Source: an uncultured Candidatus Saccharibacteria bacterium (lineage in GTDB: Bacteria; Patescibacteriota; Andersenbacteria; UBA10190). From it: a stretch of 45,264 nucleotides of DNA. A program made the position numbers and the translations under genes. Under the pieces are notes generated by a model. That model did not search any database. It had not been told where the DNA came from and worked only from the letters and a program-made list of their open reading frames with translations. This document shows positions 1 to 9,487 of this stretch, piece after piece. Where the stretch lies: NCBI GenBank assembly GCA_964654145.1, contig CAZZHI010000003.1:15312-60575 (forward strand). The letters run 5' to 3'. Numbering within the stretch: the stretch's first letter is position 1; each line of letters starts with the position of its first letter.

Positions 1-1240
1 GTACGAGCGCAGGTGCGTACATTGCTACGAGTGTTTTTATTGAATCGATAGTTGTTTTACGGGTTCTTTCTTTGTATATGCGATACCCTTCGTATACTAA
101 AGAGCAGGCACCTAGGAGTGCCGCAAGTACAAAGCCTTCTTGGCGAGTCATGGCGCTATACCCGAGCGTTATACCAAAAAGCGGTAATTGCCAAAGTATT
201 CTTTTTTCATGCGAGCGCAAAAAAAGAAATACGGACAGTAAGAGTAAAAACGTGAATATACTGTATGGTTCTGGTCGAAGCGATGTTGCAAAATAGTCTT
301 TTTGAAAAGCAATAATAATTCCCGTAAGAAATGCAACTGGCCAAGAGAGGTGTAGTGATCGGGCAATCATGACAATAAGTACGATGCCTCCTATGCTTGC
401 AAGCGATTGCACGTACCTCATAACTTGTTGGTCATCAAAGAGTCCAGAACCGTAAAAGGGCGCCAAAATAAGTGGATATCCAGGAAGGCGTTTTGTGTTT
501 GCGAAAGGATTTTTACCCTCCATGATTGCGTCTGAAATTGAAAGATAGTTATATGCGTCCCCTCCGCTCACTCCGCCAAATTGCGGAATGACAATTACCC
601 GAAGAATAAAGGATGTGCCTATGAATAATCCGAGAATAATCCACCAGCCTTTTTTATTGTATGAGGTAAGAAGGGCTGCAAGGCCACCTAATAAGGATAG
701 TGCCACGGCCGTTAATACATATGGCAAGGTATTACCTTTCTGCGAGGCGATTGTTTGAATAAACTTCCATGCGGGGACTTTTTCTGTAATAGATAGTGCA
801 AGGGCTCCGTCTTTGGGATTAAAGCGTACCCCAAGAAGGTTTTTGTTTGTGGCATTGGGCGCAGAAAATACAATTCGAATATCTGTTTGGGCTGGGATGG
901 GGCGATCCGGAAAAGAGGTATATGCAAAGGAGTCGTCTTTAATAGATGATGCTGGGATGGTTTGAGATATTAGAGTGGCCCCTGTTGCATCATTGATAAT
1001 TTCAACATGAGAATCCGCAAACTCTTTAGGCTTTTGTAAATTAACTATAATCGCACCTATCCCCGTTGTTTGGTGCTCTGTTGTAATGGTTTGAGAAATT
1101 GTCTTTTCTCTATATATGGGCTTATGTGCTGCATATGTATCTACCCCGTAAGATAATACTCTTTTCTGGGCAACGGGGAGCACAAGGGCTATGCCAAGTA
1201 TAAGAATTGCGCCTGTCAGAAAATACGCCCTACGATTCAT
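1..1240 (-). CDS. GT-C-type polytopic glycosyltransferase (ArnT/PMT-like). Only the N-terminal 413 codons are present; the gene continues past the left window edge.
   Basis: Absent from the supplied ORF track because it has no stop inside the window. Hand translation of the minus strand from ATG 1240-1238 stays open to base 1. It gives MNRRAYFLTGAILILGIALV (TM anchor), a ~150-aa non-hydrophobic segment, then repeated helices. These contain GGDAYNYLSISDAIMEGKNPFANTKRLPGYPLILAPF and MTRQEGFVLAALL. Both are mirrored in the 29899-31506 protein (AGDVFNFQSIARNI..KRLPGFPIAILIG, FTRYEGGPTAVLLL). Confidence 0.7.
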   Translation of the reverse strand, partial: MNRRAYFLTGAILILGIALVLPVAQKRVLSYGVDTYAAHKPIYREKTISQTITTEHQTTGIGAIIVNLQKPKEFADSHVEIINDATGATLISQTIPASSIKDDSFAYTSFPDRPIPAQTDIRIVFSAPNATNKNLLGVRFNPKDGALALSITEKVPAWKFIQTIASQKGNTLPYVLTAVALSLLGGLAALLTSYNKKGWWIILGLFIGTSFILRVIVIPQFGGVSGGDAYNYLSISDAIMEGKNPFANTKRLPGYPLILAPFYGSGLFDDQQVMRYVQSLASIGGIVLIVMIARSLHLSWPVAFLTGIIIAFQKDYFATSLRPEPYSIFTFLLLLSVFLFLRSHEKRILWQLPLFGITLGYSAMTRQEGFVLAALLGACSLVYEGYRIYKERTRKTTIDSIKTLVAMYAPALV

Positions 1241-1275
1241 TTCTCGAGTATACCAGTTTTTGGTATGGTTGCAGT
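1241..1275. promoter_or_regulatory. Back-to-back divergent extended -10 promoters
   Basis: The gap between the divergent starts is only 35 bp. Minus strand: TGGTATACT (1255-1247), then 6 nt, then ATG 1240. Plus strand: TGGTATGGT (1261-1269), then 6 nt, then ATG 1276. Together the two boxes form the inverted repeat ATACCA-N5-TGGTAT. Confidence 0.4.
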
Positions 1276-3159
1276 ATGTGTGGAATCGCAGGAATATGGG
1301 ATAGGTCAAACGCGCCTCTTTCTGATGGGGCGATATTGCGCATGAGGGACTCCCTTGCCCATAGGGGGCCTGATGCGATGTCTGAATATGTACAAGGGCC
1401 TGTTGCATTTGCTCATACGCGCCTTTCCATTATCGATCTTTCGAGCGGAGGGGCTCAGCCTTTTGTTTCGCCAGATGGCAGATATGTATTGGTGTTTAAT
1501 GGAGAAATTTATAATTACCAAGAGCTTCGAGAAAAATATTTTTCCCATGAAGTTTTCGTATCTGATTCCGATACGGAGGTATTGCTTAAAATGCTTGTGA
1601 AGTTCCAAGAAAAAGCATTACCGTTTTTGCGAGGAATGTTTGCGTTTGCCTTTTATGATACCCAAGAGCAAACAATGTTGCTTTCAACGGATCCGTTTGG
1701 GAAAAAGCCACTTTTTTATTCATGGGTAGATGGAGTGTTTTTATTTGCATCAGAGCCTAAAGCTCTTTTTGCTTCTGGATATATAGTTCCCGCCCTTGCC
1801 GACTTGGTAGTGGGGAAATATCTTCTTCATGAATATGTTCCCGCGCCAGAAAGCGGCTTTCGAGGAGTGTATACTTTGGGCGCCGGGCAATATATGTATA
1901 TTTCTTCCGGGTCTGAAAAAATTACTACATGGTGGAGGCCAAATAGCGAAGTACACACCAGTATTTCTTTTGATGATGCAAAGAATCGTTTTGATGAACT
2001 GTTGGGTAGAGCGGTCGAGAGAAGGATGGTTGCTGACGTGCCGGTAGGGCTATTCTTAAGCGGAGGATTGGATTCCAGCACTATTGCTTGGTATATGCGA
2101 AGCGTGCGGAAAGAAGGAGAAATATATTCCTGTTCCGTTTCTTTTGCGGAACATAGTTTTAATGAAGAGCCAATTGCAGCAAAGGTTGCATCGATGTTAT
2201 CTCTTTCTCATAAATCTATTCAGTTTACAAAAGAGGAATTTCTTCATTCTTTACGAGATGTAGTTCCCCTTATGGATGTTCCGCTTGCAGATATTTCTCT
2301 GTTACCTACCTATGCAGTAAGTGCATTAGCTAGAAAGTATATGAAAGTTGTATTAGATGGGGATGGTAGTGATGAGTTGTTAGGTGGGTATGGGACATTC
2401 CCCGCATATGAGCTTGCAGATAAGCTTTCTGCGGTCCCTTCCTTTTTATGGGAAGTGCTCGAGAAGGCGTTACACGGATTGCTCCCAGTCTCTTACTCGT
2501 ATTTTTCTCTTGATTTTAAAGTAAAGGCTTTTTTGCGAGGAATTGCATATCCTTCTGATCGAAATCTCCAAATCTGGCTTGGCTCCTTTACTGAAAAAGA
2601 AACTGACTTATTATTGCTTCCTAGCTACAAGAAAATGCACGCTCAATTTTTTGATGCTGTAGATTCTGCGGTTCCTCGTGCAGTAACGAACCTCTTTGAC
2701 CGTGCGTCGTTGTATCACATAGCAACGTATTTGCATCGAGATATTCTTGTAAAGCTTGATAGGGCAACTATGGCGGTTGGCTTAGAGGCTCGCACGCCAT
2801 TTCTAGATGCTGATCTTGCTGAGTTTATATCAACGCTTCCTCCAAAATATAAAAAAAACAAGAGACTTTTGCGCGAATTAATGAAGGGAAGATTACCAGA
2901 CGAGGTAATTGATCGAAAAAAGCAGGGTTTTGGGATTCCGAGCGCATCATGGTTTGCCAATGATTTATTACCGCTTGTCTCTGCAGTGCTTTCGCAGGAT
3001 CGTATACGGGAGGTCGGGGTTTTTGATTATTCTTATGTCGAAAAGCTTATTTCAGAGCATGCATATAAAAAATATGATCACCGAAAAAAAATATGGACAT
3101 TAATTGTATTTCAGTTGTGGTATGAGTACTGGATTTTGGGAAAGCGCGATATAGTATGA
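1276..3159 (+). CDS. asnB: Asparagine synthase family (glutamine-hydrolysing) amidotransferase, AsnB-like
   Basis: The track ORF is 1207..3159 with a TTG start. I moved the start to ATG 1276 so the protein begins MCGIAGIW, because class-II glutamine amidotransferases use Cys2 as the N-terminal nucleophile. GATase blocks: HRGPD, RLSIIDL, GAQP, NGEIYNY. Synthetase PP-loop: LFLSGGLDSS. The stop overlaps the next start (ATGA at 3156-3159). Confidence 0.9.
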   Translation: MCGIAGIWDRSNAPLSDGAILRMRDSLAHRGPDAMSEYVQGPVAFAHTRLSIIDLSSGGAQPFVSPDGRYVLVFNGEIYNYQELREKYFSHEVFVSDSDTEVLLKMLVKFQEKALPFLRGMFAFAFYDTQEQTMLLSTDPFGKKPLFYSWVDGVFLFASEPKALFASGYIVPALADLVVGKYLLHEYVPAPESGFRGVYTLGAGQYMYISSGSEKITTWWRPNSEVHTSISFDDAKNRFDELLGRAVERRMVADVPVGLFLSGGLDSSTIAWYMRSVRKEGEIYSCSVSFAEHSFNEEPIAAKVASMLSLSHKSIQFTKEEFLHSLRDVVPLMDVPLADISLLPTYAVSALARKYMKVVLDGDGSDELLGGYGTFPAYELADKLSAVPSFLWEVLEKALHGLLPVSYSYFSLDFKVKAFLRGIAYPSDRNLQIWLGSFTEKETDLLLLPSYKKMHAQFFDAVDSAVPRAVTNLFDRASLYHIATYLHRDILVKLDRATMAVGLEARTPFLDADLAEFISTLPPKYKKNKRLLRELMKGRLPDEVIDRKKQGFGIPSASWFANDLLPLVSAVLSQDRIREVGVFDYSYVEKLISEHAYKKYDHRKKIWTLIVFQLWYEYWILGKRDIV

Positions 3160-4595
3160 GTATTATGAAGCGACCTTGGTTCTTGGCCCTACCATCTTTA
3201 TTGCTTTTTATCCTTTTTATCGCTGTAAACGGAGCGTATCTTCATAGAGTGCCAGGGCTTTTGGGCGATGAAGGTTCTGAAGGGGAAAACGTATTTCAAC
3301 TACTACAAAAAGATACGATTACTATTGTCGGGGAACGGTCATATATTGGGCCAATAATCGACTATGTTCGAGTGCCGTATATTGCTGTATTCGGATACAC
3401 TCCGCTTGCGCTTCGCATGCTTATGTTAACTGCTAGCATTGCGACGTTTATTCTTGCGGGATCAGTATTGCGAAAATGGTTTGGGGAAGAAGTTGGGATG
3501 ATTGCGCTTACGTTTTTTTCCTTCTCTCCTGTATTTGTATTGCAGCAACGAATTGGGTGGGCAATTACGTTAAATGTAGTATTCGCATGGCTTTTAATGT
3601 ATGCACTGATGAGCAATTGGAAGCAAAAGTGGCTTCTTTCTGGATTAATTGCTGGATTGGGACTTTCTAACGATATTATATTTTTCCCTATATTTATTGC
3701 TATTATCGTATGTTTTAGCGTTGTGTATCTTTGGTCTTCACATATTCGAACAAGGATTATCGAGGCCTTGTCTTGGTTCTGGATTTTCTGTGTGGGGTTA
3801 ATTGCTGGGTTCGGGACCCAGTTTGCAGTTCTTCTTCTGTTGACGGAGGACCAGGGAAGCAGGGCCGAGGTGGTTGCCGGGTTTAGCAGTCGTCTTCAAG
3901 ATTTTTTACCATCGTTGCCGTTGTACGTTTCTGGGTCCTCTTACGTTGCTCGATATACTGGGTTTGAGTTTTCTCCGAGTGCGATAGTAGCAATTACCAG
4001 CATATTGGGAATTTTTGCCGTTTTAGGATTATTCCATAAAAAAAGACTGTATGTGCTTGCTATTGTTGCGGGGGTGGTTATGCAAAGCTACATCCTTCTG
4101 TATATGGTTGATCGCTTTACGCTTAGGTATTTTGCAGTTATTTCCATGAGTGCTTGGCTGTTAGCCGGGGTAGGTGCAGGGGTTATTATTAAAAAATTTA
4201 TTCCTGCACGTATAGGGGCATATGTACCTCTTGTATTGGCATTTATATTAAGTGTGTGGATTGGATACAGTGCTTTTATTCCTTTTTTACAAACAGGGGG
4301 TAGTTTGAAAGAATTTTCCCTTGGTAATCGAAATGATAAATCCTCTGCGTTTGTGGATATTCGCCCACTAGTATCTTGCGTACGAGGGATAGGGGTTGTG
4401 TATTCTCCGACTCAAGATATTTTTGATCGTTTACAGTACCTAAGTCATGAATATGAAGATCTTCTTGTTGTGGATGGAGAGCGCAAATCATCTGCTGCAT
4501 GGACTGTTGTGTATAGGAAGGTGGATGATCCGATTATTCGTGACCCGTCCTCACCTTGCCCAGAAGTACCATTCTTTAGGGTTGTAAAAAGATAG
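3156..4595 (+). CDS. Polytopic membrane protein, probable GT-C glycosyltransferase (no subfamily recognised)
   Basis: 479 aa with about 11-12 hydrophobic helices by eye. The first loop carries an acidic motif (HRVPGLLGDEGSEGENVF). There is a soluble ~90-aa C-terminal tail. It is translationally coupled to asnB through an ATGA overlap. The assignment rests on topology and motif only. Confidence 0.5.
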   Translation: MSIMKRPWFLALPSLLLFILFIAVNGAYLHRVPGLLGDEGSEGENVFQLLQKDTITIVGERSYIGPIIDYVRVPYIAVFGYTPLALRMLMLTASIATFILAGSVLRKWFGEEVGMIALTFFSFSPVFVLQQRIGWAITLNVVFAWLLMYALMSNWKQKWLLSGLIAGLGLSNDIIFFPIFIAIIVCFSVVYLWSSHIRTRIIEALSWFWIFCVGLIAGFGTQFAVLLLLTEDQGSRAEVVAGFSSRLQDFLPSLPLYVSGSSYVARYTGFEFSPSAIVAITSILGIFAVLGLFHKKRLYVLAIVAGVVMQSYILLYMVDRFTLRYFAVISMSAWLLAGVGAGVIIKKFIPARIGAYVPLVLAFILSVWIGYSAFIPFLQTGGSLKEFSLGNRNDKSSAFVDIRPLVSCVRGIGVVYSPTQDIFDRLQYLSHEYEDLLVVDGERKSSAAWTVVYRKVDDPIIRDPSSPCPEVPFFRVVKR

Positions 4596-4663
4596 ATGTA
4601 CAATAATTTGCTTTTATAAAGCGATAAATATTGTTTTCCATAGCGGATATGTAGTAGGGGATA

Positions 4664-4669
4664 TACAAT
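4664..4669 (+). promoter_or_regulatory. Candidate -10 box (TACAAT) 7 nt upstream of ATG 4677
   Basis: TACAAT-acgttgt-ATG lies in the 81-bp gap after 3156-4595. It has the same geometry as the other operon-first genes in this window. No Shine-Dalgarno sequence sits at the usual distance. Confidence 0.25.
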
Positions 4670-4676
4670 ACGTTGT

Positions 4677-6698
4677 ATGAATATTGCTTGGGTAAAGCGT
4701 CACTATAAGGATATTGCTTGTATGGCAATTATTTTTGCCGTAGCGCTTATTCCTCGGGTCACGAATCTTGGAACCTTTTTGACTACGGACGAAAAAACAT
4801 GGATAACGCGTTCTTATGAGTTTGCCCGAGCGTTTCAGGATTTTCGTTTTAACGACATGATTCAGACCACTCATCCTGGCGTTACTACGCTTTGGGCGGT
4901 AGGAACTACGGTTCTGGCTAAAGTTGCTACTTCCGATATACCGTTTGAAATAAAAAATCTGTTCCATTTTGTAAAATCGACACAGTTTGTGATCGCTTTT
5001 TTAAATGCGGCGAGTATTCCTTTTATATATCTGCTTCTCTATATAGCTCTGCGTGCTCGGGGAGTTGCTTTCTTTGCCGCAACACTTCTTGCACTTGACC
5101 CTTTCATAATTGGGTACTCTCGCGTTGTTCATGTTGATGCTCTGCTTGGCAGCTTTCTTACCTTGTCGGTACTTTCAACTATTATATATGCTCGTACGCG
5201 TACGCGCGGATGGTTGATTGCAAGCGCTGCTTTGGCCGCTCTGGCGCTGCTTACAAAATTTCCAGCGGTGTTTATTTTTCCGTTTATCATATGTGCAATT
5301 ATCGTATTTTACGGTAAAGAGATTTTGCAGAGAGATGTTCTTATGCAAAAATCCAAAGACGCTATTGTGTGGCTTTTAATTATAATTCTGATGATCCTTA
5401 TTATATGGCCCGCGCTTCTTTGGGTTCCAAACCCAGTGGGTAATGTGCTTCAGGTAAAGCGAGATGTTTCTGTTGCTGCGAGTACTCCGCATGACATGAA
5501 TGAGGATTATACGCTTAATGCAATGCATTACCCTGCTGCGTTACTTGCTCGATCTAACCCCGTTGCGCTTTTTGGGGCTGTTGTAGGGATTATCGCAGTA
5601 GCTATAGGAATCTATAAAAAGAAACCATCAAAAGAAATGGGGCTTATTGTGGTGTATCTCGTGGCGTTTGTAATCATGATGACGCTCGGGGCAAAAAAGG
5701 GTGATCGATACATTATCCCTGCATTCTTCGCTCTTCATATTGTTGCCGCGTACGGAATTATTTGGGTTGTGACTAACTTCTCTCCTTCGCGTCTTCGCGA
5801 TAAGGCTGTTTGGGGCGTGTGCGGAGTGGCTTCTTTATACCTTATGTGGGTTGTTGCTTCGTACCACCCCTATGAAATTGCATACAGTAACCCAATGTTT
5901 CCAGACAATATTAGTCAGGAGCTCGGGTGGGGCGAAGGGCTAGATATCGTTGCGAAGTGGCTTAACGAAAACCATCCAAATGCAATTGTTGCATCCTGGT
6001 ACCCGGGCGAGCTTGGGGCGTTTACCACGGCTCGTGTGGTGCACATAAATGCCCACGAACAGAATCAAGTACAATTTATTGTTGTGTATAGGAATATGTT
6101 TGGTCGAGAGCCGGCTCATTATGCAAACGATTTTATCGATGAGTATTATAAAAAGCGAGAACCCGTGTTTGTTGCGCATGTGGCAGGTAAGGAATTTGCG
6201 TGGGTGTATGAGAAGCCGAGCTACCCTAAAACGATAGGAGATTTGGATGCAAGTATGATTGTTGTGCAAGAGGCTACTGTACAATATGAAAATCTTGCTG
6301 GAATACGCATTTTCCCCGCAACGAGATTTGGCAAGGCTAATACTGGCAAGCTTTCTATTGATGTTTCTAGGGCGCTTGGGGATGCTCCATTTTTTTCAAC
6401 TCAAATTCCGATGACCGAGGTAAAAGATGCGGCATGGCAGCCAATTGATTTTCCTCAAGGCGTTTCGATTCCAAAGGGGGAGCGTGTCTTTATTAGTATT
6501 CGATCTGTCGGGTCGAGTGCTCCATACGCGTCTATGAGGTATTCTTCGGTACCATTTCGTGATACTCCTATCTATATTTCTCGTACGGGGAATATTAAAG
6601 ACGCAGTAGAGAAGCCGGGCTCTATAAGCGTACAGCTAACGTATATTGGAACAGACGGAAAGCTGAGAACCGAGCTAGAAACAAAACTGCTTCGTTAG
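4677..6698 (+). CDS. GT39/PMT_2-like GT-C glycosyltransferase (group 1) with a C-terminal beta-rich extension
   Basis: 673 aa. The loop-1 signature PRVTNLGTFLTTDEKTWITRSYEF...THPGVTTLW is shared with the 14453-15922, 19043-20500 and 32296-33843 proteins. Other shared blocks are LDPFIIGYSRVVHVDALL, KKGDRYIIPAF and a post-membrane GWGEGLDIVAKWLNENHP domain. An extra ~180 non-hydrophobic residues follow at the C-terminus. Confidence 0.8.
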   Translation: MNIAWVKRHYKDIACMAIIFAVALIPRVTNLGTFLTTDEKTWITRSYEFARAFQDFRFNDMIQTTHPGVTTLWAVGTTVLAKVATSDIPFEIKNLFHFVKSTQFVIAFLNAASIPFIYLLLYIALRARGVAFFAATLLALDPFIIGYSRVVHVDALLGSFLTLSVLSTIIYARTRTRGWLIASAALAALALLTKFPAVFIFPFIICAIIVFYGKEILQRDVLMQKSKDAIVWLLIIILMILIIWPALLWVPNPVGNVLQVKRDVSVAASTPHDMNEDYTLNAMHYPAALLARSNPVALFGAVVGIIAVAIGIYKKKPSKEMGLIVVYLVAFVIMMTLGAKKGDRYIIPAFFALHIVAAYGIIWVVTNFSPSRLRDKAVWGVCGVASLYLMWVVASYHPYEIAYSNPMFPDNISQELGWGEGLDIVAKWLNENHPNAIVASWYPGELGAFTTARVVHINAHEQNQVQFIVVYRNMFGREPAHYANDFIDEYYKKREPVFVAHVAGKEFAWVYEKPSYPKTIGDLDASMIVVQEATVQYENLAGIRIFPATRFGKANTGKLSIDVSRALGDAPFFSTQIPMTEVKDAAWQPIDFPQGVSIPKGERVFISIRSVGSSAPYASMRYSSVPFRDTPIYISRTGNIKDAVEKPGSISVQLTYIGTDGKLRTELETKLLR

Positions 6699-9487
6699 GA
6701 TTTTCGTATTCGTTTTTGTATAGGCTCAAAAGCGTATCCCGCAAGCGTTATAACGATGCCCAGGATGGTCAGGTTTTTGGAAAGTTCTATTGCGGGTGAT
6801 TTATATTGAAATGAAACTATATGCGTTCCTGGGGGCACGAGAGCTGCCTTAAAGAGAGAGTTTGCTCGCAGTTGTAATGTTGGCTTGCCATCAATAAATG
6901 CGTGCCATTCAGGCGTTGTGCTGTCGTTTAGTATGAGCAGCGCTTCTTTATTTGTAGTAACTTCAATATCTACTTGTGTATTTGTATAGCGCGTTATGTT
7001 TGCGGAGGATGACAAAGTTTCATTATTGGTATTTGGGGCAAGTGGCGGGGGAACCGGGCCTGTTACGTAGGCGAGCTCTTTTGGATTAAAGAGGGGATCA
7101 CGGAGCTTGAATCGAATTTCGTCGTCCGCAGGGACAAATTCCCATTTTGGCACTATGAATGCTTTAGGGTATGCCGCTTTGTTTTCGTAGAGCCGAATAA
7201 TCGAATCCCCGGTATTTGCCTCTTTTACGAGATTGTATCCAGCCGTGATCATTGCATCGTTTGTTTGGCCATATTCGAGTGCTTGAGCAAAGTGAGTTAT
7301 TCCAACCATATCTACAAGCTTTTTATTTCGAGTAAGAGCGTGAGTGCCGTCTCCGTCAAAAGGATCCGAGTCATTTGCGAAAAATGAGTCGATGAATTCT
7401 CTGTATGGCCTAATGGAAAGTGCTCCAATCCATCTTGCGCTTGAAGCTCCTGCTACCGCTTGAATATGGCGCATCATAAGCGCCGTTTCGCTATCACTCA
7501 CTTTTGGAGACTGCGCAGTATATTGAACTGAAAGAGGTTTTTTGGAGCGCTCTAATTGGTCCGCATTTGGATTTTTTACTCGAACGAATGAAAGGTTTGC
7601 ATTATCACCCTTGCTGGGTGTTACGAATACCTGCATGTTTGTTTGCTCGTCGCTGGAAAAAGAGAGTAAGAGGTTTTCACGTATTTCTTTGGGTATTTCC
7701 GGAAAACAAATACGTTGATTTGTAGTAGTGAAAGCATCGCCTAATGAGATTTCTTGTTTATGCCAAATCTTCCCGGCAAGACCCTCGCTAATAGTAACGC
7801 TCATAACGCTCTCCTCTGGCGCATCTGATTGGATTGGTATTATAAGGCAGTTTACGTTATCTCGCGCTATGGTAAGCGGCTGAAGGACGGTAAAGAGGGG
7901 GGATATTCTATCGGATAGTGAAACTTCTACTCGTGGGTTTCCGGTTACTGGAAGGCGATCAGCTGCATAAATTCGCGCTGGTAGTCCTGTTGTTTCTCTG
8001 TATTGTGCTAATTCTTCTGCAAAGGGGGAGGATGTAAATGCGCGTTCGGATGGCACTACTGGGTTATATCCCCAGCCATAGACAAGGAGTGTTCCTGCAG
8101 TAAGGGTGGGTAGTATCCACGGAATTATTTTTTTGTATTGAGGGGCGTATAGCTGACCTAATAGAATTGCTGCAGGGGAGATAGCCCCAATAACAATTAC
8201 CCACCAAGAGAGTGTTTGGGTATTAAATAAAAGCGATAGTCTTTGCTGTGCTTCTGGATTTTGAGAAGCATATAATCCAAACGGAATTACAATAAGAAGA
8301 ATAGGGAATAGATATCCGGGTATAAGACGGAGGTAGTTTTTAGCAGTATTTTTTTGTGTTAGAAGAATGTCGTGTAATCCAATTGCTGCAAGAAGAACAA
8401 TCCCTACGTCAAAGAAGAAAACAAATCTCCCAACTACGCCAATGCTTGTAATAAAGTGATGATCTACAAGATATGTGTATACGGGGGAGTATTTTCCAAG
8501 GGCAAGAATAGCGCCTACAAACACGAGTATAATTCCCGCAATTCGCTCCCCTTTATGTGATTTCCAGGAGAATAATGCAATTCCTGTTAGGATGATGGGG
8601 ATTATGCCAACGTATGCAGCAAGTTCTTGAAATCCTTTCGGGCCAAAGTAGTTAGCATGATCTCCAAAAAAATACGGAAGAATAAGAGTAATTGTTTCAA
8701 AAGGCGGATAGCTAAATTCAAAGAGCTCCGTCATTGGGAGGCCTCCTGCTCGTTCTGTTGAAGGGAGGAATTCTTGAAGTGGAAGAAGTGCAAATGAAGA
8801 TAGAAGGAATGCAACTATGATTGCATATCCAATGCCAAGAAGGGAACGTATTTTTAATCTTTTTACAAAAATTCCCAAAGAGATAATTGCCGCTATGCTA
8901 AATGTGTAAAAAATAACTTGAGGTTGCCCTGATACCGTGATTGCAGAAGCGATAAGAGCAAGAGTTGTCGCTCGTTTAATAGTGCTTGATTGTATGAGTG
9001 AGTCGACCGCAAGAAGCAGCCATGGTAATAGCATGGTGCTGGTGTAAAAGTTCACATGATTTAAGTGCCCTACATTAAATCCGCAGTATGCAAAAACGAG
9101 AGCTCCTAACGTTGCGGCAGCTATGTGCAGGTTGCGACGAACCAGGAAGAAATACATTCCAATGCTTCCGATTAAAAAATATGAAACAACGGATACCTGG
9201 AGAAGTGCAAGGGGTGGGACAAAGAGTGCGCGTAACAGTATGTGAATTGGCGTAAAGAACCCTAATTGCCCCCATGCTAATAACGGCTGTCCAAAACCAA
9301 GTTCATTTGACCATAGAGGGAGTTGCCAGGAGTGCTGCGCCTTTGCGTATAATGTTTCTATTGGGTAGTAAATTATTTTTAAATCATCCAAATAATACGT
9401 GTAGGCGCCAGAGATAATAGGAATAAAAAATATAGCCCATGTAATAACGATGAGTGAAAGACTTAGAATGTGTTCTTTTTTGTTCAT
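6695..9487 (-). CDS. YfhO-family GT-C membrane glycosyltransferase
   Basis: The track ORF is 6695..9520 (941 aa). I prefer ATG 9487 (MNKKEHILS) because it makes an ATGA overlap with the upstream epimerase stop. YfhO-like blocks are YYLDDLKIIYYPIETLY and LPLWSNELGFGQPLLAWGQLGFFTP. There are about 13 helices and a large outside domain. The C-terminal block NDSTTPEWHAFIDGKPTLQLRANSLFKAALVPPGTHIVSFQYKSP is followed by a final TM. Confidence 0.8.
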   Translation of the reverse strand: MNKKEHILSLSLIVITWAIFFIPIISGAYTYYLDDLKIIYYPIETLYAKAQHSWQLPLWSNELGFGQPLLAWGQLGFFTPIHILLRALFVPPLALLQVSVVSYFLIGSIGMYFFLVRRNLHIAAATLGALVFAYCGFNVGHLNHVNFYTSTMLLPWLLLAVDSLIQSSTIKRATTLALIASAITVSGQPQVIFYTFSIAAIISLGIFVKRLKIRSLLGIGYAIIVAFLLSSFALLPLQEFLPSTERAGGLPMTELFEFSYPPFETITLILPYFFGDHANYFGPKGFQELAAYVGIIPIILTGIALFSWKSHKGERIAGIILVFVGAILALGKYSPVYTYLVDHHFITSIGVVGRFVFFFDVGIVLLAAIGLHDILLTQKNTAKNYLRLIPGYLFPILLIVIPFGLYASQNPEAQQRLSLLFNTQTLSWWVIVIGAISPAAILLGQLYAPQYKKIIPWILPTLTAGTLLVYGWGYNPVVPSERAFTSSPFAEELAQYRETTGLPARIYAADRLPVTGNPRVEVSLSDRISPLFTVLQPLTIARDNVNCLIIPIQSDAPEESVMSVTISEGLAGKIWHKQEISLGDAFTTTNQRICFPEIPKEIRENLLLSFSSDEQTNMQVFVTPSKGDNANLSFVRVKNPNADQLERSKKPLSVQYTAQSPKVSDSETALMMRHIQAVAGASSARWIGALSIRPYREFIDSFFANDSDPFDGDGTHALTRNKKLVDMVGITHFAQALEYGQTNDAMITAGYNLVKEANTGDSIIRLYENKAAYPKAFIVPKWEFVPADDEIRFKLRDPLFNPKELAYVTGPVPPPLAPNTNNETLSSSANITRYTNTQVDIEVTTNKEALLILNDSTTPEWHAFIDGKPTLQLRANSLFKAALVPPGTHIVSFQYKSPAIELSKNLTILGIVITLAGYAFEPIQKRIRKS

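Noticed and set aside
1207-1275. A TTG start at 1207 for the asparagine synthase ORF, as given in the track.
   Set aside because: It would add 23 residues ahead of the catalytic Cys, which must be the N-terminal residue after Met removal in class-II amidotransferases. It would also overlap the divergent gene that starts at 1240. ATG 1276 (MCGIAG) is used instead.
1250-4678. Similar inverted repeats, ATACCA-N5-TGGTAT (1250-1266) and ATACAA-N4-TTGTAT (4663-4678), as a possible shared operator for a transcription factor.
   Set aside because: The first is better explained as two back-to-back extended -10 boxes. The half-site is just the reverse complement of TATA-like promoter sequence. I found no further copies in the other intergenic regions, and no regulator gene is present in the window.
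4663-4679. A hairpin, ATACAA-UACG-UUGUAU, with a UNCG-type tetraloop that overlaps the AUG at 4677. It could occlude translation initiation.
   Set aside because: The stem is only 6 bp and AU-rich. If the TACAAT box inside it is the promoter, most of the hairpin would not be transcribed. This is not enough evidence for a regulatory element.
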